From Desulfosporosinus acidiphilus SJ4 (lineage in GTDB: Bacteria > Bacillota > Desulfitobacteriia > Desulfitobacteriales > Desulfitobacteriaceae), in contig NC_018068.1 in assembly GCF_000255115.2 (NCBI RefSeq), forward strand, positions 1,357,977 to 1,397,976: 40,000 nucleotides of DNA. Direction: 5' to 3'. Every line of letters starts with the position of its first letter. The stretch's first letter is position 1. The notes beneath the pieces were generated by a model. It ran no database searches, had not been told where the DNA came from, and worked only from the letters and a program-made list of their open reading frames with translations. A program made the position numbers and the translations under genes. This document shows positions 22,092-30,206 of this stretch, piece after piece.

Positions 22092-23363
22092 ATTAAACTC
22101 TTCCAACGAGCCAAATTCTTCTTCGGCCAAGGCTTCGATGACTATATCCAGCGTTTCTTACTCGGGGATGATGTCAGCGACTTAGACTATCCCGGTCAAA
22201 TGGATGCCAAAACAGCCATGAACTATTCGGCAGTTTTTTCGTGTGTTCGGGTCCTTGCTGAAGCCTTGGCCGGAACTCCAATTATGCTTTACCGCAAAAA
22301 AGAAACCGGCGAACGTGAAGTCCGTAATGACTTAAGTGTTTACGACATTTTGCATAACCAACCCAATGTAGAAATGTCGCCGTTTAATTTCAAAGAAATG
22401 TGTATGGTCTCTCTGAACCTGGGAGGTAATTCTGTCAGCCAAAAGTTGGTCAACAAATATGGCGATTTAGTTGGGCTTTATCCCTATGAATGGCCCAAGG
22501 TCGATATCACCAGAGATCCAATCACTAATAAGTTAGTCTATAAAATCCGGGATATTAACGGCGGCAAACAACTGAATTTAGCACGGGATCAGGTTTTCCA
22601 CATTCCGGGTTTGAGTATGGACGGAGTAGTGGGAGTGTCGCCCATTGAGTATCTTTCCTCAGCCATTCGCTTGGGCCTTTCTTATGAACGGTTCGGGGTT
22701 AATTTCTATAAAAACGGAGCGAACTCATCCGGAGTGATTGAGTACCCCGGAGCCTTGGCTGACACGGCTTATGAGCGTTTAAAGAAGGACTTTGCTAAAA
22801 GTTATCAGGGACTGGCTAATACCGGAAAGCCCATCATCTTAGAAGGCGGGGCGAAGTTCAGTCAGCTCGCTATTAAACCTGCCGATGCCCAACTCATTGA
22901 AAATAAGAAATTCCAGCTGGAAGACATCGCCCGTATTTACCGCGTACCCCTTCACTTGATCCAAAACTTAGATGGAGCGACATTTTCAAATATCGAACAA
23001 CAAAGTCTAGAATTTGTCATGTATACGATGTTGCCTTGGTTTAAGCGCTGGGAGGAAAATGTTAATATGCAGCTTTTGACACCTCTGGAACGCAAAGCAG
23101 GGTTTTATTTGGAGTTTAATATTTCATCGCTTCTCCGGGGTGACATGCAAAGCCGGGCGATGGCTTATGCCCAAGGTAGACAGTGGGGCTGGTTATCCGT
23201 GAACGATATCCGAAAGCTTGAAAATATGCCGCCGATTCCTAACGGAGATATTTATATGATGCCGCTGAACTTTACCGAAGCTGGAAAAGCACCCTCTACA
23301 ACGGAGTCGGCGGTGCCGGAAGCCTTGGCAGAAGAGACTTACAAGATGATGACAAGGAGGTGA
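22092..23363 (+). CDS. Portal protein, HK97 family
   Basis: Typical portal core (SAVFSCVRVLAE..., PIEYLSSAIRLGLSYERFG, LEDIARIYRVPLHLI). The frame is open from 22086. ATT 22092 lies 9 nt after GGAGG. The first ATG, at 22200, has no SD. Confidence 0.9.
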   Translation: MKLFQRAKFFFGQGFDDYIQRFLLGDDVSDLDYPGQMDAKTAMNYSAVFSCVRVLAEALAGTPIMLYRKKETGEREVRNDLSVYDILHNQPNVEMSPFNFKEMCMVSLNLGGNSVSQKLVNKYGDLVGLYPYEWPKVDITRDPITNKLVYKIRDINGGKQLNLARDQVFHIPGLSMDGVVGVSPIEYLSSAIRLGLSYERFGVNFYKNGANSSGVIEYPGALADTAYERLKKDFAKSYQGLANTGKPIILEGGAKFSQLAIKPADAQLIENKKFQLEDIARIYRVPLHLIQNLDGATFSNIEQQSLEFVMYTMLPWFKRWEENVNMQLLTPLERKAGFYLEFNISSLLRGDMQSRAMAYAQGRQWGWLSVNDIRKLENMPPIPNGDIYMMPLNFTEAGKAPSTTESAVPEALAEETYKMMTRR

Positions 23364-24430
23364 TGACCATAAAACCCTTTTGGAAATTTCAAGCAAAAAA
23401 TGAAGCTCCCTTGATCGGTGAACTTTTGCTTTATGGGGATATCTCCAGTACCACTTGGTGGGGTGATGAAGTGACCCCTGTGGCATTTGCACAGGACCTT
23501 AAAAATCTCGGAGATATTTCACAGCTTAACATTTATATCAACAGTGGCGGCGGAGATGTGTTCGCGGGTCAAGCGATCTATTCCATGCTCAAACGTCACC
23601 CAGCACAGAAAAATGTCTATATTGATGGTCTGGCCGCCAGCATCGCCTCTGTTATCGCGATGGCTGGCGATGTTGTTTTTATGCCGAAAAACGCCATGCT
23701 CATGATCCATAAAGCCTGGACCATGGCCATTGGCAACGCCAACGATCTTCGTAAATTGGCTGATGATATGGACAAAATTGACGAAAGTATACTTACAACC
23801 TACCAAGCGAAAACGGGCTTAGATCCCGAAACTATTACAGAAATGGTTAATGCTGAAACATGGCTGACAGCCGATGAAGCCGTAAAACTTGGTTTTGCTG
23901 ATGTGATTGAAGATAGCAAGCAAGTTTCAGCATCCATTGCCGATGGTCAGCTTATGGTTAATGGTCAAACCATGGACTTAAGCCGGTTCCGTAAGACTCC
24001 GCAGTTCGTTAACAAAGGAGATCAACCCCAGGTTCCCCAAGATCCAAGGATACCTACGTTAGAAGAACCAAACGAAGAGCTGAAGGAAGAACCAAATAAC
24101 CAGGCAGTGGAAAGCAAAGTAGCCGCACCACTGCCTATTCGTTTGCCCGAGTTACGAAACTCCGGTCGAACAATATCCTCCACCAACGAAGCTCTGATCC
24201 GCCAAGCCATGGATTGTCTGGCTGAAGTCTTAGGTCAACTGGACAACTCAGACGAACAACCTGACGGCGATGACATGGGCATGGATGGCGACGGAATGGG
24301 AACGGACGCCCCTGAAACAAATGGGGAAGAGAATCTTGGAGAGGACGATGAGGACGTTGGACTCTTTGGTGTTTCCCTCTGCCAAGCACAATTAAATTTA
24401 ACAAGAAGGAGACTCGATTATGGATTTTAA
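23360..24430 (+). CDS. ClpP/S14-family prohead protease with a long acidic C-terminal extension
   Basis: INSGGGDVFAGQAIYSML...IDGLAASIASVIAMAGD...MIHKAW ClpP-type core. Roughly the last 165 aa are acidic and low-complexity. Start options are GTG 23360, ATG 23363 and ATA 23369. Confidence 0.85.
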   Translation: MMTIKPFWKFQAKNEAPLIGELLLYGDISSTTWWGDEVTPVAFAQDLKNLGDISQLNIYINSGGGDVFAGQAIYSMLKRHPAQKNVYIDGLAASIASVIAMAGDVVFMPKNAMLMIHKAWTMAIGNANDLRKLADDMDKIDESILTTYQAKTGLDPETITEMVNAETWLTADEAVKLGFADVIEDSKQVSASIADGQLMVNGQTMDLSRFRKTPQFVNKGDQPQVPQDPRIPTLEEPNEELKEEPNNQAVESKVAAPLPIRLPELRNSGRTISSTNEALIRQAMDCLAEVLGQLDNSDEQPDGDDMGMDGDGMGTDAPETNGEENLGEDDEDVGLFGVSLCQAQLNLTRRRLDYGF

Positions 24431-25694
24431 AGCTCTACTCAAACAAAAACTTGATGCCCAGCAAACCCTCATTGATGCAGCGATGGTCAGTGGAACAGGA
24501 TTTAGTGCTGAACAGCAAACCCAGTTTGATACTTTGCAAGCAGAGATTGTAAATCTGGAAAATACCATTAAAGCCGCTGCAGAATTGGAAGCTCGCCAGA
24601 AAGAAATGACGAACCCAGTCAATCAGCCGCTCTATCCTGAACCCAAAGCCAAAAAGGAGAAATTCGCATCCTTTGGTGAGCAACTGCGTGCTGTGATTGA
24701 AGCTGCAAGACCGGGCGGTTCTATGGACAATCGGTTATCCATCAAAGCCGCTGCTGGGCTCAATGAAAACGTGGGCAGCGATGGCGGGTTCTTAGTGGAT
24801 GATGACTTTTCGAAAGAGATCCTAAAGAGGGCTTATGACACAGGCATTTTGGCCAGTCGCTGTAATAAAGTGCCGCTGAGTACCAATGCCACGGGACTAA
24901 AAATAAATGCCATTGATGAAAGCAGCCGAGCCAACGGTTCCCGTTGGGGTGGAATTCAAGCTTACTGGGAAGGTGAATCCGACCAACTTTTAGGCAGCAA
25001 ACCAAAGTTCCGACAAATGGAACTGAACCTTCATAAACTGACGGGACTATGTTATGCAACGGATGAACTACTGACGGATGCCACTGCCTTGGAATCGGTG
25101 ATTTCTCAGGGGTTTGCGGAAGAATTTGGTTTTAAAATGGACGATGGCATTATTAATGGGACTGGAGCTGGGATGCCTTTGGGGATCATGAATAGTAAAG
25201 CTTTAGTAACAGTACCCAAAGAAAACAGTCAAGCTTCAGGTACCATTAACATTCAAAATATCGTTAAAATGTGGTCACGATGTTGGGGTCAATCTCGCCA
25301 AAACGCCGTATGGTTCATTAATCAGGATATTGAACCTCAGCTCTACACGATGGCTTTATCCGTTGGGACAGGCGGTATTCCTGTCTATATGCCAGCGGGA
25401 GGGATTTCCGGTTCACCTTACAGCACACTGTATGGTCGTCCAGTCATTCCCTTGGAGCAGTGCCAAACGCTGGGTACTGTCGGTGACATTGTACTGGCGG
25501 ATTTGTCGCAGTACCTGATCATCGACAAGGGTGGTCTTAGCGCAGCCTCTTCCATCCATGTTCGTTTTTTGTATGATGAGAACTGTTTCCGGTTTATTTA
25601 CCGCGTGGATGGACAGCCTGTGTGGAACACAGTTTTAACTCCGGCACGTGGATCGAACACACTATCACCGTTCGTCGCATTGCAAACACGCTAA
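24420..25694 (+). CDS. Major capsid protein, HK97 family (with an N-terminal delta-like coiled coil)
   Basis: Coiled-coil N-terminus followed by an HK97-type core (GGFLVDDDFSKEI..., DELLTDATALESVISQGFAEEFGFKMDDGIINGTGAG). Confidence 0.9.
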   Translation: MDFKALLKQKLDAQQTLIDAAMVSGTGFSAEQQTQFDTLQAEIVNLENTIKAAAELEARQKEMTNPVNQPLYPEPKAKKEKFASFGEQLRAVIEAARPGGSMDNRLSIKAAAGLNENVGSDGGFLVDDDFSKEILKRAYDTGILASRCNKVPLSTNATGLKINAIDESSRANGSRWGGIQAYWEGESDQLLGSKPKFRQMELNLHKLTGLCYATDELLTDATALESVISQGFAEEFGFKMDDGIINGTGAGMPLGIMNSKALVTVPKENSQASGTINIQNIVKMWSRCWGQSRQNAVWFINQDIEPQLYTMALSVGTGGIPVYMPAGGISGSPYSTLYGRPVIPLEQCQTLGTVGDIVLADLSQYLIIDKGGLSAASSIHVRFLYDENCFRFIYRVDGQPVWNTVLTPARGSNTLSPFVALQTR

Positions 25695-25727
25695 TCATTT
25701 TTTATTGAAGCAGGAGGTTAAAAACTT

Positions 25728-26204
25728 ATGTGTTGTATTCCCGAAAAAGATAAACCCCTTGAAGCTATCACTCCACAGGCTGGCGGTGCTATTACCGGAG
25801 TCTATGTAACCCTGCGGGATGCTGAAGATTGTTATGTTCTGGTCCATATTAATCAGGCAGTCGCGACAGCCGTGGATATAACAATTGAACAAGCCACTGA
25901 CGTTGAAGGCACCGGCAGTAAAGTCATAACCACTGCCGTTCCTATTTGGGCAGATCAAGATTGCGCCTCTTCTGATGCCTTGCTTCGACAACCGGATGCA
26001 GTAGCCTTCACTACTTCAGCTACCCTTGCTCATAAACTGGTTGTCTTTCAGATAAACCCGTCTCACTTAGATGTAACAAACGGCTTTGACTGCATCACCG
26101 TCAAAACGGCGGCTTCCGACCCGACCAATATTACCGCCGCCCAGTATATCCTCAGCGATCTGCGCTTTGGTGGTTCAACTCCACCTACAGATATCACGGA
26201 CTAA
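25728..26204 (+). CDS. Head-module protein of unknown function (possible decoration protein)
   Basis: 158-aa ORF with AGGAGGT SD, located between the capsid and connector genes. Confidence 0.5.
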   Translation: MCCIPEKDKPLEAITPQAGGAITGVYVTLRDAEDCYVLVHINQAVATAVDITIEQATDVEGTGSKVITTAVPIWADQDCASSDALLRQPDAVAFTTSATLAHKLVVFQINPSHLDVTNGFDCITVKTAASDPTNITAAQYILSDLRFGGSTPPTDITD

Positions 26205-26269
26205 TTCTTGTAACTGATTAGATAGGGAGGCAGCCTTGCCTTCCTATTTAAATAATCAATACGGAAAGG

Positions 26270-26872
26270 ATGGATGCTGTGAACTTAGTCCAAACAGTAC
26301 CTCCAGCCGTTGAACCTTTGAGTCTTCAGGAAGTGAAGGATTATCTCCGAGTCGATGATGATACCGATACCTCAGAAGATCAATACCTAGGCGCCTTAAT
26401 CACTGCCGCCCGGGAGTACTGTGAAAGCTTCCAAAACCGCGCCTATATTACGCAGACTTGGCAGATGAGCTTTGATTACTGGCCCAGTTATGCCATCAAT
26501 ATTCCGCGTGGAAATCTGCAGAGAATAACTTCTGTTTCTTATAAAAATTCATCGGGCGTTGTAACAACCCTGACAGAAACTCTCCAATATGTTGTCAGTA
26601 CACGCGGAGTTTTAGGCCGAATATCACCGCCTTACGCTCAGCCCTGGCCGCCTTTTATCCCATTTCCCTTGGATGCCGTTGTGATTGAGTTTGTCTGCGG
26701 ATATGGTGATACGGAGGAGAGTGTGCCGGAAAAAGTGAAGCAGGCCATGAAATTGTTGGTCAATCATTGGTACGAGAATAGGACTCCTCTCACAGAGTTA
26801 AAGCAAGCTCCGGCAGAGATCGCGTTTACAGTATCTGCTTTATTATGGCAAGACAGAATCGTGGTGGCATAA
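26270..26872 (+). CDS. Head-tail connector protein (gp6-like / phiE125 gp8-type)
   Basis: LSLQEVKDYLRVDDDTD...LITAAREYCE near the N-terminus and KQAMKLLVNHWYENR near the C-terminus. Confidence 0.75.
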   Translation: MDAVNLVQTVPPAVEPLSLQEVKDYLRVDDDTDTSEDQYLGALITAAREYCESFQNRAYITQTWQMSFDYWPSYAINIPRGNLQRITSVSYKNSSGVVTTLTETLQYVVSTRGVLGRISPPYAQPWPPFIPFPLDAVVIEFVCGYGDTEESVPEKVKQAMKLLVNHWYENRTPLTELKQAPAEIAFTVSALLWQDRIVVA

Positions 26873-26887
26873 GGTTGGTGGCTAAAA

Positions 26888-27217
26888 ATGAATCCAGGCA
26901 TACTGCGGCATAAGATTAATATCCTGACCACAACGGAAGGAACCAATGAAGCAGGAGATACCATTCTCATTCCATCGGTATATAAAACTGTGTGGGCCAG
27001 CGTCTCTCCGGTCTCAGGTAAAGATTATCTTGAAGCGAAAAAGCTCCAAGCTGAACTGACCTATAAATTTATCCTTCGTTACACTTCAGGGGTAACGCCG
27101 GACATGCAAATTGAGTTTAAAGGGCGAATTTTTCTCATTCAGGATATCCTTAATCCTTTAGAAATTAATGAGACTATAGAGATTATGGCCATAGAGAGGG
27201 TGATTAAGAATGGCTGA
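26888..27217 (+). CDS. Head closure / head-tail adaptor protein (SPP1 gp16 / HK97 gp9-like)
   Basis: LRHKINI...WASVSPVSGKDYLEA...FKGRIFLIQDILN pattern. Confidence 0.75.
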   Translation: MNPGILRHKINILTTTEGTNEAGDTILIPSVYKTVWASVSPVSGKDYLEAKKLQAELTYKFILRYTSGVTPDMQIEFKGRIFLIQDILNPLEINETIEIMAIERVIKNG

Positions 27218-27623
27218 TGATTTCGAAATAACCTTTCAGGGTCTTGACCCGTTAATGACTCGGCTGAAGGAAGTGAGAGCACGTTATCCCTACAAGGAAG
27301 AGGAAATGCTGCTGACATTGGGAGCCACCTTAAAGGCCAGTTCTAAGGATAAAACTCCTTTAGGAAAGCACAAAAAACATCTAAGAAATCAATATAAACT
27401 TTCTAAGGTTCAGTACAACCGAGATGGTTCCTTTATTACTATGACCAACACAAGTTCCCATTTTCATCTGATAGAAAAAGGCCACCAGATTGTCGGTAAA
27501 AACGGGCAGGAACATGGCTTTGCCCAAGGGCTGCACATGGTTGAAACGTCGATGATCGAACTGGAACAAACCTTACCGGATACACTTGGGGCATGGTTGG
27601 ACAGTATCTTAGGCAGTGTGTAA
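27210..27623 (+). CDS. HK97 gp10-family neck/tail component
   Basis: Size, position and N-terminal FEITFQGLDPLMTRLKEV pattern. HFHLIEKG motif. Confidence 0.65.
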   Translation: MADDFEITFQGLDPLMTRLKEVRARYPYKEEEMLLTLGATLKASSKDKTPLGKHKKHLRNQYKLSKVQYNRDGSFITMTNTSSHFHLIEKGHQIVGKNGQEHGFAQGLHMVETSMIELEQTLPDTLGAWLDSILGSV

Positions 27624-28057
27624 TGGTTACTTTATTAGCCGTCAAGCGGGCCATGAATCAAGTGCTGGCGCCTATTGGTCTTAAGATTTACGGAAATGAG
27701 GTCAAAGAGGGCTTCTCCAGACCTTGTTTTTTTGTGAACCTTGTTCCGGTAAAGAGTGAAATCCTTAAGAAAGACACCCGAGAAAACTCGTTGATGGTGG
27801 AGATGGTTTATTTTTCAGAGAGTAAAACCGATTTGGAAAATCTCCAAATGTATGACACCCTTCAAGGACTTCTTACGCCTATTCTAGTCATAGGGACCAG
27901 AAACCTACTCGTCCAGAATTTTCGGGCTGAAGTCATTGATGAGCTAGACCATATTTATTCTGTGAAATTCGACCTGAACTTTTATGATGAAATTGTGGAT
28001 ACCACACCAGAACCCGATCCTATGGAGACATTAACGATTCAGTTAGGAGGTCAATAA
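27623..28057 (+). CDS. Tail terminator / completion protein (XkdJ-like)
   Basis: Located immediately upstream of the sheath gene. KIYGNEVKEGFSRPCFFV motif. TAATG-coupled start at 27623. Confidence 0.5.
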   Translation: MVTLLAVKRAMNQVLAPIGLKIYGNEVKEGFSRPCFFVNLVPVKSEILKKDTRENSLMVEMVYFSESKTDLENLQMYDTLQGLLTPILVIGTRNLLVQNFRAEVIDELDHIYSVKFDLNFYDEIVDTTPEPDPMETLTIQLGGQ

Positions 28058-28060
28058 AGA

Positions 28061-29128
28061 ATGGGACTTCCCGATATCGAGGTCATTTTTAAATCCCTAG
28101 CCGTCAGTGCCATTACTAGAGGAGCGCAAGGGATTGTTGCCTTAGTCTTAAAAGACTCCGTTCATAATGGATCGAATATTTATACCGATCCAACCAACAT
28201 CCCGAAGGACTATTCGGCCTACAACCTCAACCAAATCAACTTGGCCTTTCAAGGGGGCGTGCAAACCCCAACCAGTCTGATCGTTTATGTAGAACCGAGT
28301 GATGCTGCGGACTATACCGCCGCCATGAACTATTTGGAAACCGTAAAGTGGGATTATGGTGCGGTTCCGGGAATCAGCTCCACGGATGCCCAGACGGTGG
28401 CAACATGGTTAAAAGCCCTTCGAGATACCAAAGATATTAAAGCCAAAATGGTTCTTCCCAACACGGCAGCCGACCATGAAGGAATTATTAACTTTGCGAC
28501 CGATGGGATTGTCTTATCTTCGGGAACGGTGAATGCCACCGATTACTGCAGCCGGATCGCTGGAATATTGGCCGGAACTCCTCTTACCATGAGTGCTACA
28601 TTTCAGGTGCTCCCGGAAGTGATCGATGTACCGCATAACAGCAAAACACAATTTGACACCCTGATTAATGAAGGCCAGCTAGTCTTCATGAACGATGGTG
28701 AAAAGGTAAAAATAGCGCGAGCCATCAACAGTTTAGTCACGCTGACACCAACGAAAACGGCGGATTGGCAGAAGTGCAAGATCGTCGATATTATGGATCT
28801 TCAGCACAATGACATTATACAAACCTTTAACGATAACTATGTCGGCAAAGTCCCCAACGATTATGACCATAAGTGCTTACTCATCACGGCCATCAATGCT
28901 TACTTGGAAGGGTTGGAAAACCAAATGCTGCTTGATCCCGGTAAAAATAAAGTGAGCCTGGACGTGGAGGCCCAAACCTTATATTTACAGAGTAAAGGCA
29001 TCGACACCAGCACCATGAGTCAGTTAGACATCAAGAAAGCCAACACGGGCTCTTTAGTTTTTCTAACCGGTACCGATCGCCCGCTGGATGCTATGGAAGA
29101 TCTAACCTTAAATCTCTATTTAAACTAG
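28061..29128 (+). CDS. Contractile tail sheath protein (XkdK-like)
   Basis: 355 aa. Assigned from its position before the tube gene and its PBSX-type sheath size and pattern. Confidence 0.8.
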   Translation: MGLPDIEVIFKSLAVSAITRGAQGIVALVLKDSVHNGSNIYTDPTNIPKDYSAYNLNQINLAFQGGVQTPTSLIVYVEPSDAADYTAAMNYLETVKWDYGAVPGISSTDAQTVATWLKALRDTKDIKAKMVLPNTAADHEGIINFATDGIVLSSGTVNATDYCSRIAGILAGTPLTMSATFQVLPEVIDVPHNSKTQFDTLINEGQLVFMNDGEKVKIARAINSLVTLTPTKTADWQKCKIVDIMDLQHNDIIQTFNDNYVGKVPNDYDHKCLLITAINAYLEGLENQMLLDPGKNKVSLDVEAQTLYLQSKGIDTSTMSQLDIKKANTGSLVFLTGTDRPLDAMEDLTLNLYLN

Positions 29129-29139
29129 GGAGGTGAAGC

Positions 29140-29568
29140 ATGAATAACTATACTGCAGATCAGGTCCTAAATGGCACTTGGGGAGAGATGTGGCTGAACG
29201 GAGATTTCATGGCTGAAACCATCGCCCTGCAGGCCAAAGTGACCTTGACCAAAACTGCCGTGGAGATGTGCGGAACCTTAGTGGCGGGGCAAAAGGTCAC
29301 GGGAATGGAACTCAAAGGGACCCTTAAAATGAACAAAGTGAGTTCGGCGATGATTAAAGCCAACTCCGACAATATGAAGGCGGGTAAAACGCCGGAGTTT
29401 ACCATCATCTCCAATCTGGATGATCCGCAGGCCTTGGGCGCTGAACGAATTGTCCTTAAAGGCGTTATGTTTGATGAATTGACTCTTGTGGATTGGGAAG
29501 CCAAGAAGAATGGGGAAGAAAGTATCCCGTTTACCTTTATGGATTGGGATCTCTTAGACTTAATCTAA
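29140..29568 (+). CDS. Tail tube protein (XkdM-like)
   Basis: LNGTWGEMWLNGDFMAE...GTLKMNKVSS pattern typical of XkdM-type core tail proteins. Confidence 0.8.
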   Translation: MNNYTADQVLNGTWGEMWLNGDFMAETIALQAKVTLTKTAVEMCGTLVAGQKVTGMELKGTLKMNKVSSAMIKANSDNMKAGKTPEFTIISNLDDPQALGAERIVLKGVMFDELTLVDWEAKKNGEESIPFTFMDWDLLDLI

Positions 29569-29622
29569 AAAATCTCTTCCCATTATATAGGGCATTAAAC
29601 TATTGATTTGGAGGTCTTATTG

Positions 29623-30024
29623 GTGAACTTAGTAGAGCAACTCTTAAAAATGGATGCTGGACTCCTTGAAACCCCTTCGAAGGTAATAACCATCCCATCG
29701 AAAAAGCTGAAAGAGCCCCTCGATTTTCCCTGTAAAGCCGTGGATCCGGAGAAGTATGCCGAGATCCAGGAAGGGGCGGTGGAGATCCGTAAAGGTGATG
29801 TTAAGAAAATCAATATGTATTCCTTAAAGACGCTCATTGTGATTGAAGGCTGTCCCGAGGTATTTAAAAGCAAAGAGATTATGGAACATTTCGGAGCACC
29901 GACCCCTAAAGAGTTGGTCAAAACCCTCTTACTCAGCGGAGAGATCGATGATCTGTATAACGGGATCAATGAGCTTTCTGGTTATGAGAAGGATGCAGAG
30001 GACGAAGAAACCATAAAAAACTGA
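29623..30024 (+). CDS. Tail assembly chaperone (XkdN-like), zero-frame product
   Basis: GTG 29623 lies 8 nt after GGAGG. XkdN-like pattern. Ends in a slippery A_AAA_AAC heptamer followed by TGA. Confidence 0.75.
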   Translation: MNLVEQLLKMDAGLLETPSKVITIPSKKLKEPLDFPCKAVDPEKYAEIQEGAVEIRKGDVKKINMYSLKTLIVIEGCPEVFKSKEIMEHFGAPTPKELVKTLLLSGEIDDLYNGINELSGYEKDAEDEETIKN

Positions 30025-30182
30025 TTCAGGGAGATAAAACTGTGCAAACAGCTTATCTCCTTTTTAAGTACAAAAACATGAGTCCCAAAGAGTTCTACGA
30101 TAAGAAACCCGGTGAGAAGAAAATTCTCCGGGCGTTTTTATTTTACGAGTTAGCAGAACGAAATCGGGAGAACAGCTCTTAA
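30021..30182 (+). CDS. -1 frame extension of the tail assembly chaperone (GT-like frameshift product)
   Basis: Slippery heptamer A_AAA_AAC at 30015-30021. The -1 frame is open from there to TAA 30180-30182 (LIQGDKTVQTAYLLFKYKNMSPKEFYDKKPGEKKILRAFLFYELAERNRENSS). Confidence 0.65.
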   Translation: MIQGDKTVQTAYLLFKYKNMSPKEFYDKKPGEKKILRAFLFYELAERNRENSS

Positions 30183-30206
30183 TAAGGCGGGAAGGAGGTA
30201 AAAACC

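Noticed and set aside
29160-29969. Minus-strand ORFs 29160-29504 and 29595-29969, antisense to the tube and chaperone genes. The same applies to 30800-31162, 31992-32258, 32271-32618, 33476-33763 and 37149-37442.
   Set aside because: Shadow ORFs in a moderately GC-rich late region. The + strand genes have a strong SD and family signatures.
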